Shown in pieces: positions 52,493 to 64,000 of a DNA stretch of 64,000 nt. Source of the stretch: Octopus vulgaris (lineage: Eukaryota); NCBI GenBank assembly GCA_951406725.2, contig OX597815.1, positions 118,544,001-118,608,000 on the forward strand, given 5' to 3'. The notes below the pieces were generated by a model that was not told where the DNA came from, did not search any database, and was given only the letters and a program-made list of their open reading frames with translations. The position numbers and the translations under genes are program-made. The stretch's first letter is position 1. The number at the start of each line of letters is the position of its first letter.

Positions 52493-53464
52493 GTCGCATA
52501 CACATATATTAACGTTCAACAGGACACAGCTGTACGGTTTAGTTCGACGTTAGAGTCGTGTTCTCTCCATCAACGGTTAAGTATTTAAAATTATGTTATT
52601 TAGTATCAAGCATCACGAATGAACATTGCAATTCTCAGTTTATTTAGCTCAAACGAATCTACAGCACTACCATTACCGTAGATTCGTTTATGAAACATAA
52701 CGTTGGTTAATCACCATCTAGACCTTTAGCTCCAGAAAGATTTCGTAAGATTAAAAATTAAGTTTCTTTAATGTTGGAATATAAATGGCGAGCTGGGGGT
52801 ATCGGTAGCACGTCAGATTGGACGAAATTACTGAGCGACAATTCTTAAATTGCCGAGGTTGATTTCGCTTTTGTTATTCTTGTTGTAGTAGATGTTATTG
52901 TTGTTGTTGTTGTTGTCAGCCTTGATCAGACAGGCAAGGTCAAAGGTAATGACTATCATGAGCACCCCGTCTTTTTGCATATCTATGACTACATTATCCA
53001 ATATGTCCTCCTGTGCCTAAACAGATAACTGGTGGCTTCAGTGAATTTTGCATAGGTTTCTAACACCGTTTGACAACCGGTGTTGGTTTGTTTACGTTAC
53101 TGTAATATAGCTGTTCGGAAAGAGAAACCGATAGACTAAGGAGCAGACATAGAAAAATAAAAAAAGTAATGGGGATGATTTGCTCGACTAAACACTTCAA
53201 GGGGGTGCCCCAGCATGGCAGCAGTCCAATGACTGAAACAAAAACTAAAAGATAATGAATCTAATGTGACGACCATTTTGCTATTATTGTTGCGAGATTT
53301 TTGTTTTTGTTTTTTTTTTTTAAATCAGTCTTCCTATGTTAGATATTGAGGTTTTATTATAAGTTGTTTAAAGATAGTTCAACTATAAACGGATCTACGA
53401 AAAAGAAGCAGTTAAATTACTGACTAGAATATGTAATATTGGTTTAAAGTTTTAGTGCAAAACC

Positions 53465-53965
53465 TCTTTTACTCTTTTACTTGTTTCAGCCATTTGACTG
53501 TGGCCATACTGGTGCACCGTCTTTAGTCGAGCAAATCGACCTTAGGACTTATTCTTTGTAAGCCTAGTACTTATTCTATTGGTCTCTTTTGCCGAACCGC
53601 TAAGTTACGGGGACGTAAACACACCAGCATCGGTTGTCAAACGATGTTGGAGGGACAAACACAGACAAACAAACACACACACATATATACATATGTACGA
53701 TGGGCTTCTTTTCAGTTTCCGTCTACCAAATCCACTCACAAGGCTTTGGTCGGCCCGAGGCTATAGTAGAAGACACTGGCCCAAGGTGCCACGCAGTGGG
53801 ACTGAACCTAGAACGATGTGGTTGGTAACCCCAGTGCTCAATTGGTATTTTGACAACGAAAGGATGAAAGGCGAAGTCGAATGGAATTTGAATTCAGAAC
53901 GTAAAGAACCCAAAAAAAATGTCACTAAGCAGTTTGTCCGACGCGCTAGCGATTCTGTCAACTCC
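53465..53965 (-). mobile_element. SINE family A abutting or inserted into SINE family B
   Basis: Family A at about 53465-53827 and family B at about 53828-53965. Confidence 0.75.
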
Positions 53966-54005
53966 CTACCTTACATTTGCATACAATATTGTATTCGCAC
54001 ACGCG

Positions 54006-54124
<119 letters not shown>

Positions 54125-54649
54125 GAAGTGGGTATTAACAAAGGTAAGCTTTTATTGTCAATAACTGCATGTCGTAACCATATACTTCTATAGGCTTATC
54201 TCTAATGAGTTCTGGATTGAGGTTACGCAGCTTGATAAGACTGGAAAAGAATTTGCACATGAGGTCATTACAACACGTCATTACAAGAGAAAGATCAGAA
54301 ATATTTAAATTTGCCAAATATAAGAATTCCTTCCGATTTTCTTATCTGTGTTTAATTTTGTCATGGAGACAAATGCCAAGACCGTCTAACTTTCCTTCTT
54401 TATTCTAGTATTTCTATGTATTTTCTCGTCAGAGGAAGTGGTAACATGGCTTAAAACTATTTCACGTCTTAGAGAAGTAGGTTCTGTATTAGGCACGTAC
54501 GATATATTCATTCAGTAACTGGCCTATTGACAGTGTATATACATTAAATATGATTCAGATAATGTGTCGACGTATTGAGAAGCCATGAGCAGTGTGTGTC
54601 CTTTATGAACAATATGTAGTGCTAAAGACAGAATATGAACTAAAAGCAT

Positions 54650-55855
<1,206 letters not shown>

Positions 55856-56607
55856 TAACTGTCATGTTCCCAATCTTCCCCTATCTCTCCATCTCTCTTT
55901 CTCTCTTACCGTTCATACGCATCTTCCAAATCTCATATTGAACATTGGATGCACAAATTTAACCCTTCTTATCTCCGACATTCAGTTAAAGAAGGCTCTA
56001 AAAGACTACGAAAACTAGTTCTGTGCCTCAAAGTAACGTGCTTTCTACTGATCACAGAACCGTGTCTCCAATAAACCTGACGCGTTCTTTTTATCCAATA
56101 TAAATTATGTTTAATCGCCGATTTGTTTTTATGATGCCCTGTGGTTTGGAGAGAAATATCTGTTGAAGACGGCTAAAAATAATTGACATCAATTTATATG
56201 CTGTATTTTGGGTGTTGATATTTTGCAAGTTTCCCGACAGACTCATTCCCCTTTTGAATAAAACAGGAAGCAAAGTGAAACAGTCTGACATTAGAGAAAC
56301 ACAGCGATTGGCCTTACATTTCCTGTCTTTTCAAATGAACTCAAATTTACGCACAGATTTCCACGTCTAAACTCACACGAAAACACTATCACACACAAAC
56401 ACATACACACGCTATTAGCAGTATTTCACATGGTCTTCGAATTTTCACATATATCATGTTTTCCTTCTGTTTTTTTTCTTTCACTTTCACACTTTCCCAT
56501 TCTCTCTTACTTTTACTGTCATGTTTCCAATCTTCCCCTATCTCTCCCTCTCTCTTTCTCTCTTTCCGCTCATACATATCTTCCAAATCTCATACTGTCG
56601 CCCTTTT

Positions 56608-56669
<62 letters not shown>

Positions 56670-56952
56670 CTCTTGATTTCCGTACCTTTCTCATTCCTCT
56701 CATATATATATATATATATATATACAAAATGGGACAAGAACGCAAAACATCCGGACAACTAGATGATACAAAAAGGGACAACAAAAACTCCAGATAGACG
56801 ATACAAAAAAACAAGGACGGGTCATTCGAAGCTTTCTATCCTTAGTCAAGAACAGGATCATCCTCGCAATTTCAGCTGATTAATCTTGATAATCTATATA
56901 TATATATATATATAACCTGAATTTTTGTACCTATATATATATGTGTGTGTGT

Positions 56953-56993
<41 letters not shown>

Positions 56994-56998
<5 letters not shown>

Positions 56999-57369
56999 GT
57001 ATTTTTAGAGATAGAACCACCTTTCACTCAATCAACACTGAGAGATTTTACACCCGACCACTCCATAAAATGTTAAATATTAAATCTTATATTAACTACA
57101 TCTATTCTAAATCCCGTATTTTCCCGTTTATATGACAACGCATGTTTCATGAAAGTACGTCGGTATTGATTAGATACGAGGTATTTAGTTCATGAAACAA
57201 TACCGACGTACTTTCATGAAACACGCGTAGTCTTATAAACGGAAAATACGGGATTCAGAATAGATATAGTTAGTATAAGATTTAATATTTAACATTTTAT
57301 GGAATGGTCGGGTATAAAATCTCTGTGTTGATTGAGTTAAAGGTGGTTCTATCTCTAAAAATACTTTTA
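56994..57369. repeat. Fold-back, about 174-bp arms, 29-bp spacer
   Basis: taaaagtatttttagagatagaaccacc...gtacgtcggtattg / caataccgacgtac...ggtggttctatctctaaaaatactttta. Confidence 0.95.
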
Positions 57370-57483
57370 TATATATACGAATGAAACATTGAGAGATGTT
57401 CATTTTAGTACATGTAATTTGAATGTCTTTTTTCTGTGTACTCGGAAGTAATATTCCCTAAATAATTATAATAATAATAATTG

Positions 57484-57675
<192 letters not shown>

Positions 57676-58334
57676 GCACTATTAAATCTCGGAAAAGGAG
57701 AAACAAGCAATATATATATATATACATATATATATATGTGTATATGTATGAAGGTGCGACATTGTGTGTGACCCTCTGTGTGTATTTGACGACCTTTTGT
57801 GTCTATTTCCCACTTGTTTGTGCTTTTATAATGTTTTTTTTAAACTTATATATATATACGCCCATTTCGTTAATTATAGCTGTCTCTTTATTTCTACGCC
57901 ATGCCGTTTACATTATTCTCTATAGTAAATATTTTCTGAAGTCCTTTTAGTTGAGATATTATTCACTCATGTCGCATACATCCTATTTTCAATTTTCACT
58001 TCCATCCCAGTACTTACTATAAACTTCCTTTCTCTTGAGTAAAAAAAAAAAAGGAGAAAAGAGACGATTAGGCCACCGGACGAGTTCTGACTGTGAGAGC
58101 AAGAATAATAATGATTTCAACCACAAGGACAAGCTCACAAATTTCTTTGGGATTGAGTGGACTTCTTTTATGCGAATCCACTCCTTAGCTATTTACGTGT
58201 ATTATTTGCCTTGCAAGGGTGAAAGACCACATAAGCAAATGAGAGAAGGGAAGTAAAAGTTACTGGATAAACACCACAATGCATTTCGTGGATTCTGTCA
58301 CGTATTTCTTTTGAGATCTGATATAATTACCTTC

Positions 58335-58562
58335 TCGAATCATGCTCACTAATTAGGGCCGGTTTGCAGCGTATAAATTCCCCACCTCATCTGGATGCCG
58401 GTCCGTCGCAGGGTTACTCATCTTTGCAAGCTGAGTGGACTGGAGCAACGTGAAATTAAGTGTTTTGCTCAAGAAAACAACGCATTACCCAGTCCAGGAA
58501 TCGAAACCACAATCATACGATCATGAATCCAAGACCCTAACCACTAAGCCACGCGCCTCCTC
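58335..58562 (-). mobile_element. tRNA-derived SINE (family C head, V-domain-like)
   Basis: Minus strand: ggaggcgcgtggcttagtggttaggg...gtttcgattcc...ccctgcgacggaccggcatcc. Confidence 0.75.
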
Positions 58563-58848
58563 TTTACATCTGATATGATTGATATCAAGAATCTTATCTT
58601 TTACTTTTTCAGTCAATGGACTGCGGCTATGCTGGAGCACCACTTTGAAAGGTTTTAGTCGAACACATCAATTCCAGTGTTGTTTTTTTTTGTTTTTTTT
58701 AAACTCTGGTGCTTATTCTTTCGATCTCTTTTGCTGAACACCAGTTGTCAAGCGGTGGAGGTGGGACGAACACAAACACACATGTATATCACATGTATAT
58801 ATTGGAAACTGTGTGGAAGTTCGTTGTGTATGTATGTATGTATGTATG

Positions 58849-58885
<37 letters not shown>

Positions 58886-59058
58886 CCCCGAATCAACCCG
58901 GGACCTACATATATATATATATATATAGGCGTGGCTGTGTGGTAAGAAGCTTGCTTCACAATCAGATGGTTCCAGGTTCAGTCCCACTGAGTTGGGCAAG
59001 TGTCTTCAACCAAAGCCTTGTGTGTGGATTTGGTAGACAGAAACCGGAAGAAGCTAGT

Positions 59059-59107
<49 letters not shown>

Positions 59108-59118
59108 TACATATATAT

Positions 59119-59399
59119 AACGTAAAGTATAATAGCCATCTCAATATGGCTAACCACTAAGGGTGGGTGTTACTGTAGCTTTTAGCCCCAGGGGATCATC
59201 GTCTCCAGCTGGCTTTAGGCACACTATCTGTGCCCTTATGGTATTTGCAAAGGGAGGTCATCCCTCTCTCGTAAGCCTAAGTGATACGCACGGACCGCAA
59301 TTTCGAGGTATTTGCCTATTGTCAACGCACGGTAATCACCGGTTTACGATGAAAAGGATAGTGGTTCGCCATATTGAGATGGCTATTATACTTTACATT
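59119..59399. repeat. Fold-back, 41-bp arms; interior homologous to the 43198 element
   Basis: gtaaagtataatagccatctcaatatggc / gccatattgagatggctattatactttac. Confidence 0.88.
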
Positions 59400-59443
59400 G
59401 TCGAGCGGTTACTGTTTACATCTCGTTCAGAGATTTATTATTG

Positions 59444-59483
<40 letters not shown>

Positions 59484-59536
59484 GTTTAAATATTTGTTGT
59501 GCAAGATTTTTTATGTGAAGTCGTGTGTTGAAACAG

Positions 59537-61002
59537 ATATTGTTATATTTCGGAATGGTCATATTGCCAGTTTAGCCAATAAAAACACAGCATATATATT
59601 TGGTGTTATTTTGCTTCAGTGATATTTATTTTTTACATTAATCTTAATCTTATTTCGCCAAAGTTCTTTCGTCACACTCCTGTGACCGCATCAGTGGTCC
59701 TTTGTTTTCTTCTCACTTACTTGTCTCTCCTTACTAACCGTCAGCCATTTTGTATTTCTATTGTATGTCTTCATTTGCGCATGCTTATATCTCTATGTGC
59801 GTCTATGTTTATTTAGTGTGTGTGTGGGGGATGCCTGTAATATTTGTATCTTCTGGTTATATACATTCTTGTAATTTGTATTTTGTTTTTGTTGTTGTTG
59901 CTTTTGTTCTAATTTTGTTCATGTGTTTACATCCACCCATTATCATCATTACATATGCTTGTATGTATGTATAACAACAATATTAGTAATAATAATAATA
60001 AATCTAATCGAAAAAAAAAAAAAAGAATATACATATACACATATATATATACATACACATACATATACATATATATATATATACATATATACACACATAT
60101 ATACACATATACATATACATATATATACACATATACATATATATAGATATTCATTTCTATTTCTTTAATTACCTGTGTATTTATTATGTTTGCAGGATCC
60201 ACTATTGTCATATGTTGTGGTGTGCGCTATTGCTCCATTCTAGTTTTCTATTCAGGCTAGGTTTATTTTCTATTATATGTGTATTACAGAAGCTAAAATA
60301 AACCTAGCCTGAATAGAAAACTAGAATGGAGCAATAGCGCACACCACAACATATGACAATAGTGGATCCTGCAAACATAATAAATACACAGGTAATTAAA
60401 GAAATAAAAATGAATATCTATATATATGTATATGTGTATATATATGTATATGTATATGTGTATATATGTGTGTATATATGTATATATATATATATGTATA
60501 TGTATGTGTATGTATATATATATGTGTATATGTATATTCTTTTTTTTTTTTTTTTTTTCGATTAGATTTATTATTATTATTACTAATATTGTTGTTATAC
60601 ATACATACAAGCATATGTAATGATGATAATGGGTGGATGTAAACACATGAACAAAATAGAACAAAAGCAACAACAACAAAAACAAAATACAAATTACAAG
60701 AATGTATATATATTACAGGCATCCCCCACACACACACTAAATAAACATAGACGCACATAGAGATATAAGCATGCGCAAATGAAGACATACAATAGAAATA
60801 CAAAATGGCTGACGGTTAGTAAGGAGAGACACAAGTAAGTGAGAAGAAAACAAAGGACCATTGATGCGTCACAGGAGTGTGACGAAAGAACTTTGGCCGA
60901 AATAAGATTAAGATTAATGTAAAAAATAAATATCACTGAAGCAAAATAACACCAATATATAGTGCGTGTGTTTTTATTGGCTAAACTGACATTCCGAAAT
61001 AT

Positions 61003-61010
<8 letters not shown>
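59537..61010. repeat. Large fold-back, about 720-730-bp arms, 25-bp spacer, hammerhead variant in each arm
   Basis: Arms 59537-60269 and 60295-61010; mirrored ORFs in the track; motifs at 59656-59700(-) and 60855-60898(+). Confidence 0.96.
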
Positions 61011-61060
<50 letters not shown>

Positions 61061-61120
61061 TTCGTTTTGGGATTTGGTTTGCAAGATTCTTTATATGAGT
61101 TCGTGCGTTGAAGTATATTC

Positions 61121-61235
61121 TGCTGTGTCTGGGGAGAGTCATTCTCTTTTAGTGCCTTATTATTTAACACACTCACCGGTAAAATTTCCACTTATTTCTT
61201 GCACTAAAAGAGAATGAATCTCCCCAGACACAACA
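61121..61235. repeat. Short fold-back, 35-bp arms
   Basis: tgtgtctggggagagtcattctcttttagtgc / gcactaaaagagaatgaatctccccagacaca. Confidence 0.85.
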
Positions 61236-61306
<71 letters not shown>

Positions 61307-61308
61307 AT

Positions 61309-61340
<32 letters not shown>

Positions 61341-62609
61341 GTGTGTGTGTGTGTGTGTGTAGTGGATCTTGCATTCATGAATTGGATTCGATCTACCATA
61401 CCCAAATTTAAATTAACACTGCAACAGAACTTTTCCCACGGTGGAACTATGGTTTTTCTCTGACAGCAGTTTTATATTTTCCAGATGCCTTTAGCTAGGT
61501 CGAAATAATGTCTTCACCACTTGACCCTTTCTAACCCCTTCTAATCCACCAAAAGCTAGAATAGAGATAACAAGACCACCAACTAAATCTATTGTTCTCA
61601 ATGATATATCTATCCTTCTGGATAGTTATAAAGGCAAGAAAGACCCCAAGCAAAAATCAGTCGGTGACGACTCAACCAAGTAGTCTCTTGGCGACAACTG
61701 AGCGAGGCGGCTCGTGACGACTCGATTAGTTTGGGAACGGACTGCTAGAATCATGATCACAAGGAATGCAGCTACTAAAGACAATGGTCAGCGAGAGAAA
61801 GGAAATTTACTGTCAGCAACTGTGAGACAACGTCCCACAACCCTACAACTTTCACTAGCTCTAATTCTCTTCTCTTGCAACATCATCTATCGCAATTTGT
61901 GGATTACTACTAACAATTTGTGTACGCCAAGCTATGCCGCTCGCAAGTAACCAACAGCGTTTAGATACATCATATAGTTTGCGCAACGAACACATAAAAA
62001 CGCACACATAAAATTACATGTATAACTACATAAGTGTAAATATGCATACAAATATACACACATACGGAAACGTATACAAATATACAAAAATATGTAAACA
62101 AATACATGCTCACATATATAAAAGTATATGCACATATACATAGACATCTATATATGTATGCACACACATATGTATATATACATATATATTTACACACACA
62201 CACAAACGCATATGCATACGTAAACACACATACATGCATATACATACATATACATACATACAATACATACATATAAATATATAGATATATCTACGTCATA
62301 ACGTATGCATGCAAACAATTTTTTAAAAACTGCCTCGTGTGTATAATATTAAAATGTAAAATGTAAAATAACATAATTAAATACGTGAGTAAAAATAAAA
62401 ATAAAGATAAAATAATAAAAAATAAACCTCGGCAAAGCTTAAGCTCAAAATTAAATTTATAAAATAGCCGAAAAGTTTCCTAAAAATGAAGTTGAAATAT
62501 ACATTAGCGTTGCGATGCAAAATAACTATACCGTGTAAAGTCGAATTCAAATGTGATAGTCAAAAAATATATTTCGAAAGTCAAAACATTTTACCCATAC
62601 GGTATTTTG

Positions 62610-63060
62610 TCGGTTGACATTTTAAATTTTGTGGCGCGCCTGCAGGAATGTAAGAGCTCGCGTTTCTGGTTCAAAGCGTTTTTATCCTGGAACAAGATGA
62701 AGAACTTTTCTGAGAGGCAAAGATTACATTTCATAGATCATTTATAAGCTGTATGTCTGTATGCTGATACTTTTTCTAGAATTTCCCAGGTTACATTGAA
62801 AAGATGAGTGTCATTCTCTTTCAATTCCCAGGCATATTTTGCAAGACTAGTCAGTCCTTTTCTCGGGGTATCGGAAAGAATTTCAGTGGAAAAAGAATCG
62901 CGTCTTGAATGAATTTTCTGAAGCCCCTGTGTATGTTTTATATTCCTGCGAGCCATCTATTTGCACTTTGGTTCTATAAACAATAACTTTTCCAAGACAT
63001 TTTCCTTCCAACGGACAGCAAGTCTCATCTTTGCAGTAGCAATTCCTCAGATTAGATTCG
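62610..63060 (-). pseudogene. Penelope-like GIY-YIG endonuclease remnant, nearly the whole domain
   Basis: CYCKDETCCPLEGKCLGKVIVYR..KTYTGASENSFKTRF; TSLAKYAWELKE..WEILEK; KCNLCLSEKFFIL..LNQKRELLHSC. Confidence 0.85.
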
Positions 63061-63360
63061 GCACTGTACGTGTCTGTAATAATTTTTATATATAAATACA
63101 CCAGAGTAAGCGACTAGTCTTGCAAAGCATGTCTGGGAATTGAAAGAGAATGTAACCTAGCGGTTCGGCAAAAATGACCGATAGAATATGTACTAGGCTT
63201 ATAAAGAATAAGTCCTGGGATCAATTTCTTCGTCTAAAAGCCTTTAAGGTGGTGCTCCAGCATGGAACGTTAAATAAAGAATTATACAAAATCTGACTGC
63301 CTCCTTTTTCTAAATATACAATATCTGTACATCATTTCAAACACTTTATACATAGAGTCG

Positions 63361-63830
63361 TTAATCTGTAGCGAGTGATTGAGTCTCTTCATCCAGATGG
63401 ATGCGGAGGGTGCCGGTGCTTGATTGGTTGCTCAGTCCAAGGGTGATATAGAAGAGCCAGGGGAATTTATCGCAGATGGTTGGCGGGGGACCCGGAAATG
63501 CAAGTTTTTCTTCGTGTCCTCGACGTCTGAACTCTGCTTCTTGACGTCTGTTATTTTCCATCGGGTCCGTTCCCTTGACGATGAAATGCCGCCACTTTGG
63601 ACGATCCTTGGTGATTGTCTCCCAAGTATTTGGGTCAACGGAGCAACGGAGGACAGTGGCCTTGAGCTGATCACGGAAACGAAATTTGGGGGCTCCACGT
63701 GGTTTGGTGCCTGAGGTCAACTCTGCAAAGAGGAGCTGACGCGGGAGGTGTGCTGAGGTATATGTATGATGTGTCCCGACCGCTGAGGTATATGTATGCG
63801 GTGTCATGCCATGGTAGCTTCACTACTGGG
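63361..63830 (-). pseudogene. RTE (BovB-like) LINE ORF C-terminal remnant
   Basis: HLPRQLLFAELTSGTKPRGAPKFRFRDQLK..WETITKDRPKWR. Confidence 0.8.
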
Positions 63831-64000
63831 CAATCTGGTCCGGAGAAGAACCTCTTGATTGGTAATATAGTCCTTCCATCGAATACACATGACTGCGCGA
63901 AGTTTGAGCCGTTGGAAACGTTTGATTTTCTTCGAGTCACGTTGATACAACACATATATCTCACAACCGTAGAGGAGTGTGGAAAGGACGACAGCTCGGA

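Noticed and set aside
52651-52689. 12-bp hairpin aaacgaatctac/gtagattcgttt
   Set aside because: Short and isolated, with no supporting context.

Overview
Eukaryotic, AT-rich, almost entirely repetitive DNA (intronic or intergenic). The SINE families and dense (TA)n/(TG)n/(TAA)n/(TACA)n microsatellites strongly suggest a cephalopod, probably Octopus; this is recognised from memory, not from a database search. No host protein-coding gene can be supported, and most long ORFs in the track are microsatellite artefacts. Recognisable content: an intact 3' half of a CR1-group LINE ORF2, remnants of RTE, L1/Tx1 and R4/Dong LINEs, mariner and maT-like transposases, hAT-, Merlin- and Helitron-like non-autonomous elements, and dozens of tRNA-derived SINE copies. 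The main unexplained signal is about ten fold-back (inverted-repeat) elements sitting in microsatellites. Several carry minimal type-I hammerhead-ribozyme motifs, either one per arm or one in the loop, with recurring core variants (U4C, A6U, A9C). They lie near four Penelope-like GIY-YIG endonuclease remnants, consistent with a family of hammerhead-bearing, Penelope-derived hairpin retroelements. Coordinates were read by eye; SINE and remnant boundaries are approximate.
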